Part shown: positions 40,811-49,801 of the stretch, in pieces
Numbering within the stretch: the first letter of the stretch is position 1
Layout of the letters: every line of letters starts with the position of its first letter
From: Coleofasciculus chthonoplastes F2-STO-03
Lineage (GTDB): Bacteria; Cyanobacteriota; Cyanobacteriia; Cyanobacteriales; Coleofasciculaceae
Reading direction: 5' to 3'
Length of the DNA: 64,000 nucleotides
Assembly (NCBI GenBank): GCA_040222015.1
Contig: JAVJWO010000153.1
Span: forward strand, 1 to 64,000
Translations under genes and position numbers: made by a program
Notes under the pieces: model-generated
What the model saw: the letters and a program-made list of their open reading frames with translations, nothing else
The model's database searches: none
Told to the model about the DNA's origin: nothing

Positions 40811-41904
40811 TTAAGCACGAATTGGCTTCTGTGCAAAACACCAATTGGTAATCTCCTGTCCCAGATTCTCCCATTGCGAACGTAACGATGGCTCAACCAT
40901 ATTGGCAACTTTATGTAGCGACTTTTTCTCAAGCCAGCTAATAGTGTTATCTAATATATTCTTTCCCAAACCCAAAGACACATGGCAAGTACATTGACTA
41001 CTTGAATTGCAGACCCAATCACTAAGACAATGAATATCAATTCTACCTAAAATATTAGGTTCATTAGGAATACTGTTTTGCCAGAATTTACATACATTAG
41101 CATCAGTTTTACTAATTACATTTTGCAGTGTTACACCTTCTTTGATATCTAAAAATAATTTTAAATCATTATTTTTAATCTCATCTAATACTTTTAATGC
41201 TGCTTGCCTTTCTTTACTTTGTGATAATTCAGGTAAATCAGATAAAATGGAGATAGGGATTAAATTTTCTATTTCGCGTACACCTAAAATTATAAATCCA
41301 GCATTCATTTTATTGGAATTAGCTGGCTTTTGAATTAATTTAGCAGTATCACCGAGACTAGCATTTGGAGAAAACGGTTTTGGTTTTGCTGTATTTTGCT
41401 GTACTCAGTGGCAATTGTACTTCCCCCGCCCCCTCTATGCTCACAAGCTAATTGTATTCTTATATTGTTCCATATCAGGTAAACCTTAGCGATTGTTTCA
41501 TACAAAACGGCATCATTAGTATTTTCACACAGCAGTATAGTCTTCTGTACTATTTCTGAATCATTGAAAAATTTTGGAGGAACCTTAATAACTGTTTTAC
41601 CCGAGTCATAGTAAATCTTTTGTGTTGTATACTGATTGTTAACTTCAATGTACTTAGTTACAGTAGAACGATATGACTGAAACTTTGTGAAATTATTAAA
41701 TGCTTTGTTGTATACAGCTCTATCTGATGAAGATAAATCTGGACATTTCCTAATTTTATCTAAAGTAAATCGATCAGAAATTACTGCATGTTTACCCTCT
41801 GTTTGTGCAAGTGCAAGCATTTTAAGGGCTTTGATTATGTCATCAGACCAAGTATTTTGTTGTTCATCTTGGCTGATCAAAGAACTATGGATATCAATCA
41901 GCAT
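40811..41904 (-). pseudogene. Frameshifted TOPRIM-like nuclease partner of the ATPase (ORFs 41335-41913 and 40811-41308)
   Basis: 5' part ILLCENTND...HRGGGGSTI; after a frame switch near 41370 it reads SPNASLGDTAK...LGVREIENLIP into the second ORF; ATG 41904 is 1 nt after the ATPase stop. Confidence 0.7.
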
Positions 41905-41905
41905 T

Positions 41906-43507
41906 TTATTCAAATTCCATCTCGAAGAAACCTAGGGGCCAATCAATAAGATAGCCATCTGAATCAAATTTAGAAGTTCTTGTTATTATTGATTCGTTAT
42001 CTTTAGATGGCTCAAACAAAACAATATTTATATCCTCAGAATTAATTTTTTTGTCAGCAACTAAATGCCCTAGTCTGTTTACTAATACTTCACTATGGGT
42101 TTCAATTACCAAACGAAAATTGATATTTTTATCCTTAGCGGCTTTAACCGAAGCAACCAACACATCTGTTAGGATTCCCTGCAAACGAGGATGAAGATGC
42201 AACTCAGGCTGTTCTATAGCAAATACCACAGGAGTTTGACTTAATTGTCGGCGTAGATTGCCTTCTGCGCGACGTTCTGGAGCTTCACACAGCAGCCAGA
42301 GTTGAGTAATTATAGGAAGAAGTTGAGAAAAACCAAAGCCAGTATCCGCGACATTTACGGGTTTATCTGAATCTCTAGGAATTATTTCTATAGAAATATG
42401 ACCAAGGCTAGACTTAATTGACGGCTTAAATCCAAAATTCCGAAAAGTCCAGTCGGCAAAGTTTTTCATTTCTGATTCTGTTAGATTTCGCAAGAACATG
42501 GATAGATTACGTCCTTGATAGTCTACTTCATCGACTGCTAGATCTTGAGTGCGGTAATAACGTTCCGCTATAGCTCGTACTGGACCCATATATCTAATCT
42601 GCCTTGAAATTTTTCCTATAATACTATCACAATCCTCAATAATAAGTGGCACTGCATTAGCAATTATCAGATTCCTTAATCTTTTAAAAATTTCAGTATC
42701 TATTGTCCAGTTTTTAGTTTTAGTTTTCCAAGAGTTTTTAGCATATTGATTATCCTGAATGTCTTTTAACATTTCTTCAGAACTTCCCAGACCAAACGAA
42801 CGTGCCATTTTCTTGATGGTTTTTTCAGAAGTACGGGGATCAGCTATTCTCTTAGTTTCCTTTATGAGCATATCCGGGATTTTGCGAAACCTCGGCAAGC
42901 GTCCTCTAATGTAAATAGGTAGACTTTCTATTTCCTCCGAAGCAGAATCTATTTCGGATTGGTATTCAGTAATGATTGGCAAAATATAGCTGTTGCTTAA
43001 TTGTTGATATCTATACTTAGTTTCTGCCTTTAAAAAGTTCTCATTGTTTACATAAAATTTAGACAAATATTCATGCTCTCCAAATTCTATTTCAATAGTT
43101 GAATCTGCAAAAAAGATAGATAATCTTCTAGGTTTATTTGTTTCATTGATTTTAAAAATTTCTAAATCAATGCGAATTTCAATGGACTCTAAATATTCTT
43201 TGGTGTAAACTAACTTAGATCTAGTGTAAGGATAAAACAAATCAGATTGAAATTTAAATGAAAATAAAATACCTTGTTGTGCATTTTTTCTATGTGCATC
43301 TTCATATACGCCAAAATCCACTAGATGACCATTCCATAGAATTGGACCTGTTGTTCTAGATTCAACACTTTGCTTAAGTAAAGGTAAAACACGAAGAAAA
43401 GTACTCTTGCCTGAGCTATTTTGTCCAAGCAGAACAGTAATAGGCTTTATCTGAATAAAACCAGTATCAGATAAACAACGTAGATTTTTAATTCTGATGG
43501 AATACAT
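41906..43507 (-). CDS. ABC/OLD-like AAA ATPase with DUF3696-like C-terminus
   Basis: IRIKNLRC; Walker A GQNSSGKS; signature DTGFGFSQ; Walker B IEQPELHLHP; IETHSE; C-terminal DGYLIDWPLGFF; AT-rich. Confidence 0.9.
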   Translation of the reverse strand: MYSIRIKNLRCLSDTGFIQIKPITVLLGQNSSGKSTFLRVLPLLKQSVESRTTGPILWNGHLVDFGVYEDAHRKNAQQGILFSFKFQSDLFYPYTRSKLVYTKEYLESIEIRIDLEIFKINETNKPRRLSIFFADSTIEIEFGEHEYLSKFYVNNENFLKAETKYRYQQLSNSYILPIITEYQSEIDSASEEIESLPIYIRGRLPRFRKIPDMLIKETKRIADPRTSEKTIKKMARSFGLGSSEEMLKDIQDNQYAKNSWKTKTKNWTIDTEIFKRLRNLIIANAVPLIIEDCDSIIGKISRQIRYMGPVRAIAERYYRTQDLAVDEVDYQGRNLSMFLRNLTESEMKNFADWTFRNFGFKPSIKSSLGHISIEIIPRDSDKPVNVADTGFGFSQLLPIITQLWLLCEAPERRAEGNLRRQLSQTPVVFAIEQPELHLHPRLQGILTDVLVASVKAAKDKNINFRLVIETHSEVLVNRLGHLVADKKINSEDINIVLFEPSKDNESIITRTSKFDSDGYLIDWPLGFFEMEFE

Positions 43508-44098
43508 TTATGCCTCTTGAAAGTATTTAAAATGCCTTGTAGACCAATCGACTATCTCTTTATTTATAAAAAATAGGGGTTGTCTTAGTGTTGATCATTT
43601 TGAGTATAATGTGGGCAAACTATAGCTTAACATATCAACTAAAATACTTGATCGCTTAAACCATAAAACACCTACCGTTGACACAAAATGGGACTTAATC
43701 CCTATAGCCCGCCTTCCACGCCTGTACGCTAAATTGCTGACATCCAGCTTCTGAGACAATAGGGACAAAGTTTGCCATGTCCTCGTAGCGATCGCACTCA
43801 TCGATACCAATGCAATGCTTGACGGTTACAGCATTTTAACCACCGCTACACATCGATCAGGGCGGGTTGAGTTGCATCTGGGTGGGGTAAGCCAATAGAT
43901 TGCGGAATTACACGATGCGATCGCACGGTTGACATCCTCAGGCTGACTGGATAAGAGTTTGAGTCGTCTTTAGACGACTTGAGCTTTTAGCCAAGAACTT
44001 GATTGGCTGGTTGGCGGGTGTTAGGGCTTACTGAAAACGGGTTCAAAGACTTACTTTAGCGTAAAGACAATAAATTTATTTCATGATTTTATCTCGAC

Positions 44099-44797
44099 TT
44101 ACAAATCTCGCATTTGTTGCTCCACACTCATCGCAATTTGCAGCGCTTCATCGAGCAAATAACCATACTGATCTGTTGGCGGATCAAGTTCTCCCGCAAC
44201 CAAACTGGTTAAATTATTCTCTAATGTAACCATCAATTCATCTGGTCGTGCGATCACCCCTTGTTTCGTGCGAATAATTTCTATCTTAATTGCTTGCAGT
44301 AAACTGTTTTTTGTCACCCGCAAAGCCTTCAATACCTTTTCACCTTCTAACGAGTTATCCCCTTGCAGATTATTTTCAGTCCGACTCAGTTGATTCAGCA
44401 TGGCTAGTGATTTAACTACACGATTGTACTTATCCACTTGCCGTAACAACTTAGCTACAGATTTCCAGCGTTTTGCCTGATTCACAAGCCAAATATTTCC
44501 CAATGCCAAAATTAAGACTGATCCCGCCAAAAATAACAGAAATAAATTGGTAATGTCCGCCCCATCACTTGGTAAATTCCCCGATCGCTTCACCGCCAGA
44601 AACCCCACAGGCATAACAAAAATCAGAATTAGACCTAAACTAAAGACCTCAATAAACAGGAGCGATCGCAGATGTTGCGGATTTCGCCAAAATACCCCAC
44701 GGTAAACCGTTGTCACCAGTCCCGCACTTAGATCTAAACCCCCACTTTGCTCTAATTCCGCTGGAGTAATCGGCAATTCTGCTACATCATTTAGCAT
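44099..44797 (-). CDS. Hypothetical membrane protein (2 TM + helical region)
   Basis: 232-aa ORF; two hydrophobic segments; co-oriented with the next gene. Confidence 0.75.
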   Translation of the reverse strand: MLNDVAELPITPAELEQSGGLDLSAGLVTTVYRGVFWRNPQHLRSLLFIEVFSLGLILIFVMPVGFLAVKRSGNLPSDGADITNLFLLFLAGSVLILALGNIWLVNQAKRWKSVAKLLRQVDKYNRVVKSLAMLNQLSRTENNLQGDNSLEGEKVLKALRVTKNSLLQAIKIEIIRTKQGVIARPDELMVTLENNLTSLVAGELDPPTDQYGYLLDEALQIAMSVEQQMRDL

Positions 44798-44830
44798 GAA
44801 CGTATCTCCTGGATAATGAAATTATTTGGC

Positions 44831-45514
44831 TTAGTTTAATCCTAGAGCGTGAGTCAACGTTTTAAAAATATGCACATAGAAATTACTCTCTAAGGGACGA
44901 AACAGCGCAAAGTCTTTTCCTGGATTACCAAAAAAGGGTCGCAGTGACCAACCCAACTGACTGCCAACAAAGCCGTATAGAAATAACCAAGCTTGCACAA
45001 CCTTCAAATTACGGGATTTATCCGTATCTTGAGAATGAGAATGCAGCGATTTCATGCTTTGGTAGAAAAACTGGACACCGATCACGCCAGTTAAGGCAAA
45101 AATGACGACATTGAGTAACTTGAAAAACTCGTAATCATTCACCGAGAGCAGGAAAAACAAGACCACGGGAACAAACGCCAAAAGCATGACACTGATCACT
45201 GACGTGGTGGCTAAAAGCAACACCAAATATTGGCGAAAGTTGCGCTGTGAACCCGTCACCACCTCGAAAATATATAAACTGGGTAGACAAACCAGCAGTG
45301 TGATTAAATAAAGACCCGGCAACTTAATCGCTGAACTAATCGCCTGAAGCCAATGACTCGACGCCCCAATCACCAAGCCGTACAACGCCAGAAAGGAGGC
45401 ACTACACACTAACAATGAAACAATTTTACGGTCGAGTCCGATTTCCTTCTCAACCTCGGTTAAAAATGCCTTGCGATCGCGTAAAAAAGACATCAAACTA
45501 GCAAAGTGATTCAT
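44831..45514 (-). CDS. Conserved hypothetical integral membrane protein
   Basis: About 5 TM; AIKLP.LY...CLPSLY and YGFVGSQLGWSLRPFFG motifs; ATG 45514 preferred. Confidence 0.8.
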   Translation of the reverse strand: MNHFASLMSFLRDRKAFLTEVEKEIGLDRKIVSLLVCSASFLALYGLVIGASSHWLQAISSAIKLPGLYLITLLVCLPSLYIFEVVTGSQRNFRQYLVLLLATTSVISVMLLAFVPVVLFFLLSVNDYEFFKLLNVVIFALTGVIGVQFFYQSMKSLHSHSQDTDKSRNLKVVQAWLFLYGFVGSQLGWSLRPFFGNPGKDFALFRPLESNFYVHIFKTLTHALGLN

Positions 45515-45644
45515 CCTGTCCTCCAGGTATACCCGTCGCATCTCTACATTCCTAGACTATAACAGGAGCGCAGGGAGAGCGAGTTTTGCTGACAAGTGGG
45601 TCCCCCAAACTCGCCTCTACAGCTACGGGTCAATCAGACTCTTG

Positions 45645-45911
45645 TTACTCGGAACGAAAAGAAATTTGCCGAATCAGCATACTCACAAATTCACCCGGTT
45701 TACCTGTCGGTTGTAAGGTACTCCACGCTGTCACTTCAGCAAACTGGAGACGGTACAACAACGTGTAAATGATACTTTTGACGCCTCGACGAGAGCCAAT
45801 AATCGAGATTTTCACAGGTTCACGGCTAGCGGTAGATTCTGGTGTCGCTGATGGGGCGGGAGGTACTTTTTCTAGGTTATTTGGAACAAATTCTTGAGAC
45901 ATTGGATTCAC
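45645..45911 (-). CDS. Small cyanobacterial hypothetical protein
   Basis: REPVKISIIGS..GV...I..L....FAEV.AWS pattern; divergent from the XRE gene. Confidence 0.7.
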   Translation of the reverse strand: MNPMSQEFVPNNLEKVPPAPSATPESTASREPVKISIIGSRRGVKSIIYTLLYRLQFAEVTAWSTLQPTGKPGEFVSMLIRQISFRSE

Positions 45912-45928
45912 CTAATTGTTGCTGATAT

Positions 45929-45985
45929 TGTTGCCAAACTTGATAACGTTTAAAAGATTAGCAGATGTTACCATACTTGGCAACA
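45929..45985. promoter_or_regulatory. Two palindromic operator-like sites
   Basis: TGTTGCCA-AACT-TGATAACG (45929-45948) and TGTTACCA-TACT-TGGCAACA (45966-45985). Confidence 0.65.
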
Positions 45986-46046
45986 TTTACGAGGTCATGC
46001 TCCTCTGACACGATTGTCCGCAGGACAAGGTAAGCGCGACAGAAGC

Positions 46047-46289
46047 ATGGGAAGAGCAGGACAAGCCCTCAAACAGACGCTGGAATCCTATAAAATCAGC
46101 CAAAATAAATTGGCGGTAGCTTTAGGGATTGAGCGAAATAAAGTGTTTCGTTGGTTTCATGAAAAAATAGACCCAACAGCCGAAACCGTTGCGGATATTG
46201 TCAAAGCGCTGAATACAATCAATCCCGTCGCCGCCGAGATGTTCATTGAACTCTATCTCGGCGATTTAGTGGATAAGGAGGAAGAGTAG
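46047..46289 (+). CDS. XRE-family helix-turn-helix regulator
   Basis: MGRAGQALKQTLESYKISQNKLAVALGIERNKVFRW...DP. Confidence 0.88.
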   Translation: MGRAGQALKQTLESYKISQNKLAVALGIERNKVFRWFHEKIDPTAETVADIVKALNTINPVAAEMFIELYLGDLVDKEEE

Positions 46290-46553
46290 GACTATTTTTT
46301 ATCAATGACGATAGAGTAGGTTGGGTTGACGAAAGGAAACCCAACGCAAGCAGGCTAGGGTGAACATTGTGCAGGAGTCAGGGCGGGTTTAGTTACATTT
46401 ACTCCCATTACGGCATAAAACTATGGAACTAAAATCTAGCACTGATCAGGATTTCAGCCATTAACATTACCTAATCTTATAGTGGGAAGGGAGTAGGTGA
46501 GGTAAGAAACGATAGTCGTCAAACCCGCCGCTACACAATCAAAACGTTCTCCT

Positions 46554-48587
46554 TCAGCTAATCGTGGGAAAATGTACGACAATGATAGAGGTATCTTGCT
46601 GGGTTCGTGCGATCGCCTCTGGTTCTCCTCCCAATGTAGGAATCGCCAAAAGGTAACTAGGATGGGTACTCGCCGTCAAAATCAGTAAATCATGACGTTG
46701 CACCATCCGCGACACATTCTGTACAAAATTCCCCCGCACCTGTACCAACCCACTCGTACTTGCCAACCCCCACTCTCGCGGCTGACAGTCAAACTCACCC
46801 ACTCCCGTCACCACAATCACCAATCGAAACGTCGCTTTCAACGCCCCTGCTAAGGTTTGCGCCAACATCACCGTCGGTTTAAAGGTTACCGATACCGTCT
46901 CTTGATCCGTCGCCGCTAATACCACTCGTGCGGTATTCTCAATCGGCTGCGAAAATCGGGCAATTAATACCGGAACCTGAGAGCGCCAGATAACATTATC
47001 AATCACACTGCCAAAAAAGCTCTCACGAGTCGTGGAATACCCCTTCCAGCCGCAAATAATCAACGTCGCCTCTCGTTCGGCTGCCGTGCGGGTAATCCCT
47101 CGGTCAATCGTATCATCCACCCGCCCAATCGGTTCTACTTTAGTTACGGTTGCATGGGCAATTCGTTCCGCCGCCGCTAAAAGTTGGCTTTGTAACATCT
47201 TCGCCTCTGGGGAAATGAATCCGGTTTTATCCGATAAAACATGCAGCGGAAGTAAGGTTCCCTTGGCTGTTTTTGCCAAAATTAATGCCAATTGTAATAA
47301 ATTATCTTCCGTCTTGGGATTCGCTACCGGAACTAACACCCGCTTTGCCAACGATGGCGGTTTTCCTTGATTTCCTCCCTCCTGTTGTCCGTGAGGTTTC
47401 ACCTGTTTTCCCCAGCGTTCGGTAATCCAAGGCGAGGCGACACAGGTGACTAAAATCATGGCAATTATTCCATTTACGGTTAATTGATCCACCAGTTTAA
47501 TTTCATAAGCTACTGTAATCGCTGCCAAGGTAGACGCCGCCTGTGCCATGGACAACCCAAACATGACCATAATACTAGGAAATTGAAACCCAAACAGCTT
47601 CCCTGGTATCCAAGCCGCGCCAAACTTACTCACCATTTCCGCGCCAATCATCACTAACGCCACCAAGATTGATTTCGGCTGCTTGACTAAAATTAACGGG
47701 TCAATTAACATTCCCACGGAAATCAAAAAGAATGGCACAAATAAGGTATTGCCAATAAACTGAATCCGATTCATGAGCGGACTCAATTGAGGAATGATTT
47801 GGGTAATCGCAATTCCGGCTAAAAATGCGCCAATAATCGGTTCAATTTCAATTAAACCCGCCGCGTAAGACACCACAAACAACGTGGCGAGGACAAAAAT
47901 AAACTCCGCCCCTTCATCATGTCCAAATTGGCGAAAGAACCAGCGCCCCAGTTTAGGAACGCCCCATAATGTCGCTACAGTATAGATGGTAAGGGCGGGA
48001 ATCAGAAACAACCAGAATCCTAGGGTCAGATTTCCGCCATCGGCTTTCACGACTACCGCCAGAACTAAGAGTCCCAAAACATTAGTAATTAATGTTCCGC
48101 CCAAGGTTGTGGTTACGGTTTGTGTCCGCATTAATCCCAACTTGGTGAGGATAGGTAATGCCAAAAGTGTATGGGTGGCAAAACAGGACGCGACTAGAAT
48201 GGAGGCTAGCCAACTATATCCCAGGAGTAACATTGCCACCGTACCCAGAATCATCGGTAAAGAGAATGTGGCTAACCCAAAAATTGCGGCTTTATCGGCG
48301 TTATATTTTAGGTCATCCAGGCTGGTTTCGAGTCCCGCCATGAACATTAAAAATAACAGTCCTACCGTTCCCAAGAGGATAATCGTACTATCCCGTTCCA
48401 ATAACCCCAGGACATTGGGTCCAACAATCACACCCGCCAGAATTAAGCCGACAATACCCGGAAGTCGCAACCGTTCAAACAGGAGTGGCGCGACTAACAT
48501 AATTGCCAAAATGGTTAAGAAGACGGCAACAGGGTCAGTAATTGGACTTGAGAATAAAGCAACCGCCGTTAAGGTAGGATACATCAT
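46554..48587 (-). CDS. Cation:proton antiporter (CPA2) with C-terminal USP-like domains
   Basis: LPGIVGLILAGVIVGP; LMFMAGLE; IIGAFLAG; VPFFLISVG; RVLVPVANP...FFGSVIDNV. Confidence 0.92.
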   Translation of the reverse strand: MMYPTLTAVALFSSPITDPVAVFLTILAIMLVAPLLFERLRLPGIVGLILAGVIVGPNVLGLLERDSTIILLGTVGLLFLMFMAGLETSLDDLKYNADKAAIFGLATFSLPMILGTVAMLLLGYSWLASILVASCFATHTLLALPILTKLGLMRTQTVTTTLGGTLITNVLGLLVLAVVVKADGGNLTLGFWLFLIPALTIYTVATLWGVPKLGRWFFRQFGHDEGAEFIFVLATLFVVSYAAGLIEIEPIIGAFLAGIAITQIIPQLSPLMNRIQFIGNTLFVPFFLISVGMLIDPLILVKQPKSILVALVMIGAEMVSKFGAAWIPGKLFGFQFPSIMVMFGLSMAQAASTLAAITVAYEIKLVDQLTVNGIIAMILVTCVASPWITERWGKQVKPHGQQEGGNQGKPPSLAKRVLVPVANPKTEDNLLQLALILAKTAKGTLLPLHVLSDKTGFISPEAKMLQSQLLAAAERIAHATVTKVEPIGRVDDTIDRGITRTAAEREATLIICGWKGYSTTRESFFGSVIDNVIWRSQVPVLIARFSQPIENTARVVLAATDQETVSVTFKPTVMLAQTLAGALKATFRLVIVVTGVGEFDCQPREWGLASTSGLVQVRGNFVQNVSRMVQRHDLLILTASTHPSYLLAIPTLGGEPEAIARTQQDTSIIVVHFPTIS

Positions 48588-48762
48588 AGAGGAGGATGTT
48601 TTGAGGGTTTAGGGGCGGGTTTCCACGACTAAGGTTTTTGGTGACCCTGATGTCCCTAAACCTGCCCTATCTGAATTATGAATGATTCTTGATGAAATGG
48701 ATTAGGTGAGTAATAACATTGCTGGCTGCTTAATAAAGGATTAATGACAAAGGACAATTACT

Positions 48763-49371
48763 ATGGCATATAGTGACTTCAAAACTTTGGCTCACGTTAG
48801 AGAATCATTTGGGTTAAGTCTGGAAGAACCTGATAACTTATTTGCGGGCATTCCTGAACTGCTGCCCAGTGAGTATCTGCAAATGACGTTAACAGAAAAT
48901 GTTTCGCTGGCGACTGCAATCAATACCGAAAAAGCACGGGCTGAGTTAATTATTACTCCTGTGCTTTTGGAGGTGCGGCGACACTTTGGGTTTAAAATTG
49001 GCTTTTTCTCGGGGTCGGAGTTCAATGTGGCTCCTAGCGCAGGTTTAAATGGATATTGTGATTATATTCTGACGGCTTCCCCAGAGTCTTATGAAATTCG
49101 GACTCCTGTGCTTACCCTGGTTGAAGCTAAGAATGAAAATATTAAGTCGGGTTTAGCGCAGTGTATTGCTGAAATGATTGCGGCTCAATTGTTTAATCAA
49201 AGCAACGAGGAACCGATGGAGAGTATTTCTGGGGCGGTAACTACGGGAACGGAGTGGAAATTTCTGCAGTTACGCGATCAGACTGTTTTTATTGATAAAC
49301 GCGACTATTTTATTAATGAGGTGAGCCGGATTTTGGCAGTTTTAGCTATGCCGTTTCAGGCTATCCAGTAA
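48763..49371 (+). CDS. Cyanobacterial PD-(D/E)XK-like (HsdR N-terminal-like) protein
   Basis: EKARAELII.PVL; GYCDYIL...LVEAK; GLAQCIAEM; GAVTTG.EWKF. Confidence 0.75.
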   Translation: MAYSDFKTLAHVRESFGLSLEEPDNLFAGIPELLPSEYLQMTLTENVSLATAINTEKARAELIITPVLLEVRRHFGFKIGFFSGSEFNVAPSAGLNGYCDYILTASPESYEIRTPVLTLVEAKNENIKSGLAQCIAEMIAAQLFNQSNEEPMESISGAVTTGTEWKFLQLRDQTVFIDKRDYFINEVSRILAVLAMPFQAIQ

Positions 49372-49439
49372 ACCTACGTTTTGATACAGGAAATTGAGTA
49401 AAGGGCGACTCGAACGGGAGCATGTCAACGCAAGTAGGT

Positions 49440-49769
49440 TGGATATGTTTTCTGGATAATGATTTTCTACCTGTATTTGGCAACAAGCCGAAAGGGTGGA
49501 AATCGAGTGGGAAACGGGTAAAGCGCGGAATGTTTCGGACTGCCCCTGGGTATATTATCAATGCCGATGGAAACGGCGCGGCTAATATATACCAGAACAG
49601 TAGAGATACAGCTAAGGTTAAACTTAGCCAAGGTTTGTAGGGCGTCATTGACTGCGCCATCCAGATTATTTATCTGGAACTCTCAAAAGACACTCTAGGA
49701 ACGGTGTTTCAACCCCCTGAAGAAGTATCCTTTGAGAATCCTCGGTCATTTATGCCGAGGAGAAGTCAA
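49440..49769 (+). mobile_element. tnpB: IS200/IS605-family tnpB 3' remnant with right end
   Basis: FLDNDFLP...SGKRVKRGMFRT...INADGNGAANI; frameshifted continuation IQLRLNLAKVCRASLTAPSRLFIW; hairpin TCCTCGG..CCGAGGA ending in TCAA. Confidence 0.85.
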
Positions 49770-49801
49770 ACACAAAAGATGACTATAGGCGACTTTATCG
49801 A

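Noticed and set aside
41360..41395. Programmed ribosomal frameshift in the TOPRIM-like gene
   Set aside because: No clear slippery heptamer, and the shifted product would still lack the DxD motif
47986..48612. 208-aa plus-strand ORF
   Set aside because: Antisense shadow of the antiporter gene
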